A stretch of 64,000 nucleotides of DNA from Blastocladiella emersonii ATCC 22665. Lineage: Eukaryota; Fungi; Blastocladiomycota. A program made the position numbers and the translations under genes. The notes under the pieces were generated by a model. That model saw only the letters and a program-made list of their open reading frames with translations, was not told where the DNA came from and ran no database searches. Shown here in pieces: positions 33,278-43,753 of this stretch; the first letter of the stretch is position 1, and every line of letters begins with the position of its first letter. Location of the stretch: positions 930,001 to 994,000 of the forward strand of contig JANHCV010000002.1 of assembly GCA_025594325.1 (NCBI GenBank). The letters run 5' to 3'.

Positions 33278-33700
33278 TCAAAGCGGATGAGGGTGCCGGG
33301 GAGGTCGGGCGGCGATCGGAACGGGGAGAGGTGGGTCGGGTCGGGTCGTGTGTGCCGATCGAAAGTGGGCGTGGAGGGGGCGACGACGCAAGGCGGTATG
33401 GCGTCGGCGAAGGGTGGGCACAGTGAGTGCGGCTAGTGGTTGTCGATGCGTCTTGGTCTTTGGGGCGTATGCTGCATACAAGTGCGTTAACGGGAGAGAG
33501 AGGAGCGACGCCGGCGCTGATGGCAGGGCTCCGGCGGGCGCGGCTAAGCACGGCCGAGAACTGCGACGCACCGGCTGACCGTGCCGCCACAGCGACTGGC
33601 GTGAATCCCTGTGATCTGAAAACCCCTCGTTCGCGAGAGAGAGAAGGATGGATGGACACGCCCAAGGACTATATTCTGACACAAGAGGAGGGGAGACAAT

Positions 33701-34524
33701 TTACATCATCGAGTCGATGAGCGAGTCGCGCATGTCGGTGACAATGGCCTGCGACCCGGCGTCGTGCAGCTTGAAGATGGACTCGATGACCGACATCTCG
33801 GTACCCGTCGTGTCGTAGCCGACGAAAGACGCCCAGTCGTTGACGATGAGGCCGCCGCCGAGCACGTCGGAACCGCGGTTCACGGTCCCGGCGACCAATG
33901 GCACCTGCAGCAGCGACGACAGCTCCTCCTGGTCCTGGACCGTGGTGCGCGGGTGCACCATGCCGCCCTGGTTCGACAGCACCGCGTAGCTGCCGACCAG
34001 CACGTTGTCGGCGACCGTGTGGCGGAACACCTCGACCTGCAGCACGTCGGCGATCAGCTCCTCGGTCTCGCGGTCAATGTCCGGGTGCACCAGCGCCACG
34101 TAGTCGTTGCACGCAATCACGTTGCCCAGCGCCGACAGCCGCTCCTCGACGCGCTGCACGGCCACCGCGTCGGGCAGCGAGTTGCGCAGGTGCTGCAGCT
34201 CCTGGTCCGTCGTCGTGTTGGGCAGCAGCAGGCCGTGGCGGTTGCCCGCCGTCAGGCGACCCACAATCCGCGTGCCGGCGACCGAGCAGTGCACCACGGG
34301 GATCACGTCGCCGAGCTCGGCCTCGAACACCGAGTAAAAGTTCTCGGACCCGCCAATCGATACGAGGCAGTACGAGTTGGTCAGGCGCGCAAACACGCCA
34401 ATGTCGTTGGAGTTCTCGAACTGAGCGCCTGTGGGAGAGGAATAGCGGGGGTTTCGTCAGGGTCTCGGTTCATCCATCACATGCATCATCAAGAGGCAGC
34501 CAACCGATACTTACGGACAGCCAT
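33701..34524 (-). CDS. TIF6: Translation initiation factor 6; 10-nt first exon
   Basis: [42 protein letters not shown]-like motif ([13 protein letters not shown]). Confidence 0.97.
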
Positions 34525-35077
34525 AGTGGTAGCGGGGAAGGGAGCGGTGGTCGCAGCAGCGGTCGTTTTGGCAGAGGACGAAGGACTTGGAGGCGGATGC
34601 ACCAAGTCTAGACTTGATTCGTGATGCTGTTGCAGCAAGTGTTGCAGGGTGCCCGTCGCTTTTGTAGTCGACGCGAGAGAGTTGAGTCGGCGGCGACCTC
34701 GAAGGCGCGAGGCCAGCGGCGAAGGCGAAGTGGCGCAGCGACCTGTTCGAGCTCTCGGTTGAGTCAGGACCTGTTCGGTTGAGTCAGCGGCTATTTGTCT
34801 CGCACCCCGCGCGCGCGGCCCACGTGTGTCTCCTGCAAATCCGACGCGTCCGCGCACGTCGACGCGTCGCGGACCTCCTGATCGACCGTCTTTGAAGAAC
34901 GCTTCATCTCTCGGGGCCGCTCTTTGACGCGAGCGTTCGCGGACGCTCTTGCGTCGCAACAGTCGCGCGGACGCGTCGTCGCGAGCTCGCGAGGGAGGGG
35001 ACCGATAAGATGAGGGCCGCCGCCGGAACCCAGGCATGCTCCCGCAACACGAAGACTCTATAGACACGACTAGAACC

Positions 35078-36466
35078 ATGATGACTTTCACTGGGCTGTT
35101 CAAACACACGCAGACGGCGGCCGCGCGCCTCGCCGCGGGCCAGCGCCACCGCCACTTCTCGCTCCTCAAGTTCGCCATGCCGTTCGCCGGCAACCGGCCG
35201 TGCGACATCTACAAGTCGGTCAAGTCGAGCCAAGTCAAGCACCTCGTGCCCCACGTGCGCGAGCAGTTCCCGAGTTTGCCGTTCTCCGGGTCGGCCAGCG
35301 AGACGGTGTGGCTCGCCGGGTTCGCGTCGGCGATCGAGGTCATCAACGCGAACGCCGGCCGGCGTTCGTGGGCCCATGCGATCCAGGAAGCGAGTACATT
35401 CTTCGACCGACGTCCAACCTGACGGACGAGAAGCTGACAGTCTCGTGTGTACGTAGTTCACCGGGGCAACGAGCGGCCGCGCGAGCGCCTGTCGATCCCG
35501 CGTCCGGGCAGCCCTGTCCCGTCGTCGTCGCTCGCGGGCGGTCTTCTCCGCAGCTCAACGGCGGCTGACGACAGCGACGGCGAGCTCGGCCTCGCGCGCG
35601 ACTTCCACACGGGCCACCCGATGCTGCCACCGATCTCGGCGTTGCTGCCGTTCAAGCAGCCTGCTACCGGTACCCTTGACGACCACCACCACATTGACCA
35701 GGCGCGGCTCGCGGAGCTGGGGGCCGTGCTCGGCATGCACGACGCAGAAGCGCTGTACCGTTCCGTGCAGCTGTCGCGCGACCCCGTCTCGATGACCAAC
35801 GCGCACAACAAGTCGCTGACGGGCGAGGCCAACATCCAGGGCTACACGGCGTCGATGCTGCGCGTCCTTTGCCCCGAGTACACGGTGTCGACGGAGCAGC
35901 GCGTCTACTCGCGCAACTTCGGGTCCAGCGGGTACGGCCGGTGCGACATTGTCATGTCCATGGACGCGGCCAAGTTCGCGGCCCTGCCGCCGAGCGAGCG
36001 CGGCGTCGGCATGCTCGTGTGCGAGGTCAAGCCGAACGAGACCGATAGCACGAAGGCCATGTCCCAGGCGTTCAGCTACCTCATGAGCGACACAGCGCGC
36101 GAGCACCTCAAGGTCCAGCACCACATGTGCGCCATGACGGACGAGTTCCCCGTGTGCGGCGCCGTCATGTGGGTCGCCGGCGGGAGCGTGCACATCCTCG
36201 TGGTGCCGTACCTCGAGATAGTCCGCATGCGCGAGCACGCCATCAACTGCACGACGCCCGCGGTGCCGATCCGCATGATCTCGCTCACGGCGCCCGCGGC
36301 CGTGGCGTCGGGCGACCCGCGCGCGCTGTTCGAGTCGACCGTCACGCACTCGGGGGGCTTCTTCAACCTCGTCGGGCTGTACGAGCCCCTGAACCGGGTC
36401 CGCAACCTCAACTTTTCGCCGGCCGACCGCGCGATGCTGTGCGAGCCCATCCGGGCCATGAAGTAA
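35078..36466 (+). CDS. Putative Bro-N/KilA-N-like domain + PD-(D/E)xK nuclease-fold protein; intron 35394-35456
   Basis: The GTACAT...CTGAC...GTAG intron joins ORF 35036-35422 to ORF 35447-36466 in frame. The C-terminal region has the nuclease pattern E(x)n-GRCDIV-(x)n-VCEVK-(x)n-QAFSY. The alternative start is 35036. Confidence 0.65.
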
Positions 36467-36841
36467 GCACTTGATACACACTGTACCTGACTTGAACAAT
36501 TGCGACATGTGTGCTCCGCTGTGAGGCGAGTGACGGTGACCCATCTCATTCGGCCAGTTGCGACTGGTTCGCCGTTTTCGAAAGACAACTCGCATGAGCA
36601 CAATGCCTCGCCCGATGCGCGATCGACGGCAGGGCTGATGTGGCGGAACGCGTGAGCTCAGCCACAGCGTGACCGCGGCGTGCGCTGAGTGGTCGCGGTC
36701 CGACTGTCTCGCATCATGTCTCGCACGCCACTCCGCAGCACCAATCAGTCGGCAGTCAGTCGCACTCCACGAATGCATTTTGCGCTGACTCCGCGAGGGA
36801 GGCATGCATCCCTGCCGCGCGGCAGTGAGCGGGACTGACCC

Positions 36842-36847
36842 TATAAA
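36842..36847 (+). promoter_or_regulatory. TATA box of the Gln/Ala repeat gene
   Basis: TATAAA in a GC-rich context, 88 nt upstream of ATG 36930 and followed by a pyrimidine-rich leader. Confidence 0.55.
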
Positions 36848-36929
36848 GATCGGGCCCGCCTCGCCCTCTCAACCCCTTCTTCACTCTTGCATCTCAAGAA
36901 GCATCAAGTCTCTCCTCATCATCTCCAAC

Positions 36930-38099
36930 ATGGGTCGCACTCAGATCAACTCCGCCCAGCGCCAGGCTGTTCACCAGCAGCAGGCCCAGGCCGCGAACGC
37001 CAAGTCCACGCAGGCGCCCGCCGCCGCCGCTAAGTCGCAGCAGCAGCAGGCCGCTCCGGCCCGCGCTCAGTCGCCCCAGGCCAAGCAGCTGCAGCAGGCT
37101 CCTCAGCAGCAGCAGGCTCGCGCGCAGTCGGCCCAGCCCAAGCAGGCCGCTGCCGCTCCCCAGCAGCAGCTCAAGGCTGCCGCCCCGCAGCAGCAGCAGA
37201 AGGCCGCGCCCGCCCAGGCCCGTGCCCAGTCGCCTCAGCTCAAGCAGGCGCAGGCTGCTCCTCATCAGGCCGCCACCGCCCGCGCCCAGTCGGCGCAGCC
37301 CAAGCAGCAGGCCGCCGCGGCCGCGCAGGTGTACCGCGCGTCGCCCGTCCGCGAGCACCCCGACGACGCGTTCCTCTCGGGCGCGTGGATGTTCGACGAG
37401 GCCCGCGTCCCGCAGTGGATGGCGCCGCAGCTGCCCAAGCAGCAGGCTCGCACGCAGCAGGCCGCAGCGCCCGTCCAGCGCGCCCAGTCGGCGCAAGTCA
37501 AGCAGGCCGCTCCCGCCCAGATCAAGCAGGCCCCGGCCCAGCAGACACAGCAGCAGCAGGCCGCTCCCGCTCGTGATCAGACCCTGATCCGTGCGCAGCT
37601 CCCGCAGGCGAAGCAGCAGCAGCAGTCGGCCGCTCCTCGCGCGCAGTCGGCTCAGCCCAAGCAGGCTGCCGCCGCTCCCCAGCAGCAGAAGGCCGCTTCC
37701 GCTCAGGCCCGCACGCAGTCGCCGCAGCTCAAGCAGGCCGCTCCCGCTCAGCAGCAGCAGGCTCGCGCTCAGTCGGCACAGCCCCAGCTCAAGCAGCAGC
37801 AGCAGGCCGCCGCGGCGCGCCCGCTCTCGCCGCAGTCGAAGCAGGCTGCTCCCGCCGCCAAGCAGGCGCCTGCTCAGCAGCAGCAGCGCGCTCAGTCGCC
37901 GCAGCTCAAGCAGGCCGCCGCGCCCGCTCATCAGCAGCAGCAGCGTGCGCAGTCGCCCCAGGCCAAGCAGGTCCCGGCCGCGGCCCAGACCAAGCAGGCT
38001 GCTCCCGCTCAGCAGAAGCAGGCTCCGGCCCAACAGCAGAAGCAGCAGCAGGACCAGCGCCGCCCTCAGTCGCCGACGCGTGGTAACAAGCGCTCGTAA
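36930..38099 (+). CDS. Gln/Ala/Pro-rich repeat protein (about 12-13 RAQS(P/A)Q-x-KQ units)
   Basis: Intronless ORF with strong GC3 bias (CAG, GCC, AAG), AACATG start and an upstream TATA box. Confidence 0.8.
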   Translation: MGRTQINSAQRQAVHQQQAQAANAKSTQAPAAAAKSQQQQAAPARAQSPQAKQLQQAPQQQQARAQSAQPKQAAAAPQQQLKAAAPQQQQKAAPAQARAQSPQLKQAQAAPHQAATARAQSAQPKQQAAAAAQVYRASPVREHPDDAFLSGAWMFDEARVPQWMAPQLPKQQARTQQAAAPVQRAQSAQVKQAAPAQIKQAPAQQTQQQQAAPARDQTLIRAQLPQAKQQQQSAAPRAQSAQPKQAAAAPQQQKAASAQARTQSPQLKQAAPAQQQQARAQSAQPQLKQQQQAAAARPLSPQSKQAAPAAKQAPAQQQQRAQSPQLKQAAAPAHQQQQRAQSPQAKQVPAAAQTKQAAPAQQKQAPAQQQKQQQDQRRPQSPTRGNKRS

Positions 38100-38317
38100 G
38101 CTCGGGCGCGCAGCGGTGATGCCTATACCCTCACCCGCTGCATATTCGGTGTGAATACAAACCATTCCTCGTGTAACATCTCGATCGTGGTTGAGAGGAG
38201 CGCGACGTGCCTAACGACGCGCCCACGTGAGGTGAGACAGTGCGAGACAACACTCCTCTCGTCGCCGCTCGGCGATCCCATCCCATCAACGCACTTATTT
38301 ACTGCAACGTATCAATC

Positions 38318-39412
38318 ATGGCAAAAGGAAAGAAAAAGACGCCGGTCGTCTCCCGCAAACCGCCGTCGTCCGCGGGCCACGCCGCCGCCGCCGCGAGCTC
38401 CTCCGCCGACGCAGCGCCCGGCCGCATGCCGTCGCTGCCGCGCAAGAACAAGGCGCGGCGCGCCATCACGCGGTTCCACGCCGAGACGAAGCTGCGCCTC
38501 GCGGCCGCGGCGACCGCCGATGCCGCGGGCGGCCCGGTGCTCGACACGCTGCAGGTGGACTCGGCGGCGCTGGCGCAGTACCAGCAGGCGTCGATGAAGA
38601 TCCAGAGCACAAAGTACCCGAGCGAGCTGCTGGTCGCGCTGCTCGGCGAGATCTTCCCGTCGGCGGCCGACGCCGTCGCCCGCAAGGCCGCCGCGAAGCT
38701 GCTGGGCGGCGACCCCGCGGCGTTCCTCGTGGACGCGGCGACGCTGCGGACATCATCATCCCGCTCGGACAGCGACCCCGACGCGCCGCCGGGCCTCCGC
38801 CTGCTGGACGTGGGCGCGCTCGAGGGCCCCGTGGCGTACCAGCGCAGCGCGCGCGCGGGGACGTTTGCATCAGTCGTCTCGATCGACCTGCACCCGCAGT
38901 CGCCCGCGGTGCAGGCGGGCGACTTCTTCCACTACCCGGACCCGAGCGGGTGCGACTGGACCGCGTACGCGGCGCAGCCCGTGGCGCCCGCGGCGTGGAA
39001 GGCGCTCGACCCGATGCCCGTGTTCGACGTGGTGTCGCTGTCGCTCGTCGTCAACTTTCTGCCGACGGCCAACGCGCGCGGCGCGATGCTCGCGAAGGCC
39101 GCGGCGCACCTCGACCCGGACGGCGCGCGGCTCGTGTGGCTGGTCCTCCCGCGCGCGTGCGTCGACAATGCGCGGTACATGACGCGCGACCACCTCGTGA
39201 GCGCGGTCATGGGCCGCGGGGTCGGCGCCGTGGTGGTCGCGGAGCGGTGGTCGGCCAAGCTGTGGTGTGGCCTGTTCCAGGTCAGCCGCGCGTGGGCGGG
39301 GCCCGCGGCGGCGGCGCGGCGCGGCGGCAAGGTCGCGGGGAGCGGCGACGTGGTCAAGAAGAGCTTGGTGAACGACGGCAAGGGGCGCAACAATTTCAGT
39401 ATCGTCGTGTAA
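38318..39412 (+). CDS. BMT2: 25S rRNA adenine-N1 methyltransferase Bmt2
   Basis: LRLLDVGAL, SIDL, DFF, FDVVSLSLVVNFLP...RGAML, LVLPRACVDNARYM and KGRNNFSIV match the Bmt2/SAMTOR family. Confidence 0.88.
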   Translation: MAKGKKKTPVVSRKPPSSAGHAAAAASSSADAAPGRMPSLPRKNKARRAITRFHAETKLRLAAAATADAAGGPVLDTLQVDSAALAQYQQASMKIQSTKYPSELLVALLGEIFPSAADAVARKAAAKLLGGDPAAFLVDAATLRTSSSRSDSDPDAPPGLRLLDVGALEGPVAYQRSARAGTFASVVSIDLHPQSPAVQAGDFFHYPDPSGCDWTAYAAQPVAPAAWKALDPMPVFDVVSLSLVVNFLPTANARGAMLAKAAAHLDPDGARLVWLVLPRACVDNARYMTRDHLVSAVMGRGVGAVVVAERWSAKLWCGLFQVSRAWAGPAAAARRGGKVAGSGDVVKKSLVNDGKGRNNFSIVV

Positions 39413-39447
39413 GTGTAGATAGATATATTCACAAAACTCTTTCTCGG

Positions 39448-40168
39448 CTACTGCTCGTGCGTCGGTGCGGACGCGGTCGCGGCGTTGAGCGCGGTTTGGC
39501 TGCCGTGGAGCAGCGTGGCGGTCGCGACGACGGGGGGCGAGGTGGGCGGCGCGTCGGCGGGGGCGGGGGCCTTGACGACGGTGACGGGGTACGGCAGGTG
39601 CTCGACGCAGTACTGCGACACGGACGCGTACAGCATCTTTTTGAGCCCCTGGTGGTTGTGGGTGCCGATGACGACGAGGTCGCACTCGGGCACGTTGTCG
39701 GCGAGGTACCGCTCGATCAGCGGGCCCACGTCGCCCTCGCCCTCGACCTCGACAAGCTCGTAGTCAACCAGGTCGTCGAACTGGCGCAGGTACGCCTTGC
39801 ACTCGTTGATGGCGGCGCGCGACTCGTCCTGGATCTCGAGGTTGTACGCCTTGTCGAGGTGGTCGCTAGCGCGGGCGGGGGATGGGTTAGCTCGGGGCGG
39901 TCTCACTGGACGACGGTGGCAGCCAAGCTCACACGGCCTGGCTCGCGACCACGCCGCCCTGAAGCGGCAGAGCAGCGTACAAGTAGGGGAACCGACTAGT
40001 CTTGTTGAGCGCGGTGCAGTGGATGACGACGAGGCGGTACTCGGCGAGGCGCGCGACGAGGCGCGCGGCCGCGTCAAAGGCGTGGAGCGACGGGACCGAC
40101 GAGTCGACGGCGACGACGACCGTGTAGACGCTGCTGCTGCTGGCTGCGGACATGTCGATGCGCTGCAT
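39448..40168 (-). CDS. Universal stress protein (USP/UspA domain); intron 39980-39866
   Basis: VVVAVDSS.PSLHAF; DLVVIGTHNHQGLKKMLYASVSQYCVEHLPYPVTVVK. Confidence 0.9.
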
Positions 40169-40414
40169 GGATGGGCTTTGGGGGATAGAGAGCGAGGATG
40201 GCCCACGAGCGGCCCGCTCTCGAAAGAGCGAGCGCCGAGCGGCGCAACGCGGTCGGGAACGCCGCACGTGACGCGGCGAGAAACTCTGCCGCGTGGTGGC
40301 GCGCGCCGCGCCGAGCCGTGCCGGCCTGCCCGCCGACCCGGAAGCTTCTCTCCTCTCTCTCTCGCTCGCGCGATCCTGCAACGCCACCTCTGCACATATA
40401 TACGGATCAACACC

Positions 40415-42049
40415 ATGGCATCGACCGCCCTGCGCCTGCGCCTGGCCCCGGCGATCGGGCGTCAGGCCCGCCCCGCCCTCATCGCGTCGGCGACGGCTGC
40501 TCGGGCCTCGGCCGCCACCGCCACCACGGCGCGCCGCTTCCTGTCCTCGGCTCCCGCGACCAAGCCGGCCATCCGTGCCCAGTCGACCGCTGCCGCCGCC
40601 GCGACCCCGGCCGCACCAGCCCTGACGGTCGCCGCGGACCACGTCGCCGTGTCGCTCCCGGGCAGCGCCGCCGCGCCGACGCCGGCCGTCTTCCACCACG
40701 TGTGGCTGCGCGACAACTGCCCGTGCCCCGCGTGCGTGCACCCGTCGACGCGCCAGAAGCTGCACGCCTCGGGCGACATTCCCGTGGCCATCCAGCCCAA
40801 GTCGGCGCGCTGGGTCCGCTCCACCACGCCCGCCACGGCGTCCGCGACCGCCGAGCCCATCATGTTCGCCGCCAAGGACGCTGCCGCGGAGTGGGTCCTG
40901 GAGATCGAGTGGCCGGGGTTCGCGTTCGCGTCGCGCGGCAAGGCCGCGGGCAACACGGATGCGGCGGCGGCGGCCGGTGTCCCCGAAAAGGACCACACGT
41001 CGCGGTACCCGGCGTCGTTCCTGCGCCGGTGGAACTACTCGCACCCGTCGACGGCCGCGGACCTGCGCCCCGAGGGGTACCTCGAGCCCCTCGCCGTGCC
41101 GTGGAGCGCGAGCGACGTGGACGCCCGGGGCCACCTGCACGTCGACTACCGCGACCTGCCGTCACTCGAGTCGCTGCTGGCGACCGCGGGCCACACGGTG
41201 ACCGCGGCCAAGCGTACGGGCACCCTCGCGGAGCGCACGCGCGACCTGCCGCTGCCCGCTGTCGGGACCGTGCCGCGCGCGGTGCTCGAGCAGGTGGCGT
41301 CGCACGGGCTCGTCTTCTTCCACCACGTGCCGACGGACCGCGGCGAGGACTACGTCGAGACGCTGGCCAAGCGGTTCGGGCACGCGCTGCGGCATACCTT
41401 CTACGGGCCGTCGTGGGACGTCAAGTCCGTGGCCAACTCGACCAACATCGCCTACACGAACCTGTTCCTCGGCCTGCACATGGACCTCATGTACTTTGAG
41501 GCCCCGCCGGGCCTGCAGTTCCTGCACATGCTGCGCAAGTCGGTGCGCGGCGGCGCCTCGCTGTTCCTCGACATGCACCACGCGTGGGACGCGTTCGTCG
41601 CCTCGCACCCGCGCGACCTCGTCGACGCACTCACCTCGACCCCCGTCTCGTACCACTACGCGCACGCGCACCACGCCGGCAGCAACGACCCGCACTGGCT
41701 GCACCGCCACCACCCGCTCGCGTCGGGTCCCAGCACCGCCCCGCGCATGTTCTACGCGCCGCCGTTCCAGGGCCCGTTGCGGCCCGCGGGCCGGCCCGAC
41801 GCCGTGGTGCCGTGGTACCGCGCCATGGCCGCGTGGGAGAACCACATGCGCGCGCAGCCCATGGTGTCCATTGACCTGGTCCCCGGCGACGCGGTGCTGT
41901 TCCACAACCGGCGCGTGCTGCACGGGCGCACCGCGTTCGAGGTCGGCCCGCACGGCGAGGGCGAGGGTGGCGTCCGCCACCTCCGCGGCACGTATGTCGA
42001 CTGGGACGAGTTTGCGGACCGGTGGCGCGTCGCGCAGTACCGCAAGTGA
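40415..42049 (+). CDS. Mitochondrial gamma-butyrobetaine dioxygenase-family 2OG/Fe(II) oxygenase (GBBH-N + TauD)
   Basis: Presequence (...ARRFLSS), Zn site WLRDNCPCPACVHPSTRQKL, NIAYT.LFLGLHMDLMYFEAPPGLQFLH (HxD) and FHNRRVLHGR. Confidence 0.92.
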   Translation: MASTALRLRLAPAIGRQARPALIASATAARASAATATTARRFLSSAPATKPAIRAQSTAAAAATPAAPALTVAADHVAVSLPGSAAAPTPAVFHHVWLRDNCPCPACVHPSTRQKLHASGDIPVAIQPKSARWVRSTTPATASATAEPIMFAAKDAAAEWVLEIEWPGFAFASRGKAAGNTDAAAAAGVPEKDHTSRYPASFLRRWNYSHPSTAADLRPEGYLEPLAVPWSASDVDARGHLHVDYRDLPSLESLLATAGHTVTAAKRTGTLAERTRDLPLPAVGTVPRAVLEQVASHGLVFFHHVPTDRGEDYVETLAKRFGHALRHTFYGPSWDVKSVANSTNIAYTNLFLGLHMDLMYFEAPPGLQFLHMLRKSVRGGASLFLDMHHAWDAFVASHPRDLVDALTSTPVSYHYAHAHHAGSNDPHWLHRHHPLASGPSTAPRMFYAPPFQGPLRPAGRPDAVVPWYRAMAAWENHMRAQPMVSIDLVPGDAVLFHNRRVLHGRTAFEVGPHGEGEGGVRHLRGTYVDWDEFADRWRVAQYRK

Positions 42050-42095
42050 TGACGATTAGAAGCAACTGATATATATATCTACGTTTTGCATAAAC

Positions 42096-43292
42096 CTACT
42101 CGCGAACCGAGAGCGTCCACGGGATCGTCTCGCCGGCGAGGAACGGGACCACCTCGACGGGCGTCTTGCCGTCCTGCGCCACGAGCTTGTCGATGACGAG
42201 GGCCTCGGGGATCTTGGTCCCCGCCGCCGCCTCGGGCGTGTACGTCAGAGTGACGCGGCGGTCGGTCGGCACGGGGAGGCCGTAGAACTTGCGGCCGTAG
42301 ACGCAGGCAAAGTTCTCGAGCTTGTCGAGCATGTTGAGCTTGTGGAAGAGGTGGGCGAGGTAGGGGAGCGGGTGGAGGGACGTGAAGAGGCCCGCGGGCG
42401 CCTTGGCCGACTCCTTGGCGTGGCGCGGGTGCGGGGCCGAGTCGGTGCCGAGGAAGAAGCGCGGGTGGCCCGACGCGATCACCTCGCGCAGGGCGGCGCG
42501 GTCGGCAAACGTCTTGGCCACGGGCTTGCAGAAACCGTGCGGGAGGCCCGCCCAGTCCTCGACCGTCAGGAACAGGTGGTGCACCGTGATGCTGCACGCG
42601 ACCGTGTCGCCGAGCGACTTGACCATGGCCACGGCGTCGGCGGTGGTCGCGTGCTCGAGCACGATGCGCAGCTTCGGGAACGCGGCGTGGATCTTGGCCA
42701 GGTGGCGCAGGAACTTGGCCTCGGCGTTGAGGATGGTGATGTTGTGCTCCTCGGACGACGGGCACTCGCCGTGCAGGTTCAGGATCATGCCCGCCTCCTC
42801 CATGGCGGCAAACACCGGGTAGTAGGTCTCGTAGTTCTCGACGCCGCCGTCCGAGTTGGTCGTGACGCCGCGCGGGTAGCTCTTGACGCCCGTGATCCCG
42901 GCCGCCGCCGCGGCCCGCACCTCGTCGGGCGTCAGCTGCGGGCTCAGGTACAGCGTCATGAGGAAGTTGAGCCCCGGCGCCAGCGCCTGCAGCTGCTCGC
43001 GGTACGCGACCGCCATGGCCGTCGTCGTCAGCGGCGGGATCAGGTTCGGCATGACCAGGTACGTGTCGACGCCCGTCCCCGGAAGCTGCTTGGTCACGGC
43101 TTCGCACATGGCGCCCTGCCGAAGGTGCACGTGCATGTCGGCGGCCATGGGCAGCGACAGCGTCGTCGGCGCGGCGGTCGTGGTCGTGGTGTTGGACATG
43201 TTCAGGTGGCCGATCTGGGTCGAGCAGCCGCGGCGGGCAATGGTGGTGGCGAGAGGGCGGCGGATCGAGTGTGCGGCGAGGCGCGCTAGCAT
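42096..43292 (-). CDS. URA4: Dihydroorotase, type II (PyrC/Ura4); two candidate starts, 43292 and 43199
   Basis: DMHVHLRQG, VMPNL.PP, GVKSYPRGVTTNS, LNLHGE, EHATT, CKPVAK, FFLGTDSAPH. Confidence 0.95.
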   Translation of the reverse strand: MLARLAAHSIRRPLATTIARRGCSTQIGHLNMSNTTTTTAAPTTLSLPMAADMHVHLRQGAMCEAVTKQLPGTGVDTYLVMPNLIPPLTTTAMAVAYREQLQALAPGLNFLMTLYLSPQLTPDEVRAAAAAGITGVKSYPRGVTTNSDGGVENYETYYPVFAAMEEAGMILNLHGECPSSEEHNITILNAEAKFLRHLAKIHAAFPKLRIVLEHATTADAVAMVKSLGDTVACSITVHHLFLTVEDWAGLPHGFCKPVAKTFADRAALREVIASGHPRFFLGTDSAPHPRHAKESAKAPAGLFTSLHPLPYLAHLFHKLNMLDKLENFACVYGRKFYGLPVPTDRRVTLTYTPEAAAGTKIPEALVIDKLVAQDGKTPVEVVPFLAGETIPWTLSVRE

Positions 43293-43753
43293 GGTACGTT
43301 CGCTGTCCACGGCGAAAGAGAGCGGGGACGCGCGCGATAGCCGCTCGTCGCGTCGTACCGCTTGCGCGAAGACCCATCGGGGCCACCCGGAACCGTTCCG
43401 GGCAAGCCCGGTCACCGGTCGCAGCTGCCACGCGGGTCGGGCGCGCCGCAACTCCCCGCGTGCCATCAGCTGATGCCTGAAAACACGATCGCCCCGCCCT
43501 GTGGTGCGCGCCCACCGCCGCCGCCGTCGTCGACGTGGCCGCCGCGTGCCGCCGCCGCGCGCGCGCGCGTCGACCTTACCAGCACGAGCTTGCATGGAGA
43601 GCCCCTGCAGAAGACGAACGCACTACGCATCGACGACTCGCCGCCACCGCAGCCGCCGCCTGATCTGCTGAACCACCACCGACGGATCGCACATCCACGC
43701 CCCTCGCGCTCGCTCGTTCCACACCGACGAACCCCCGCACACCAACCTCCATC

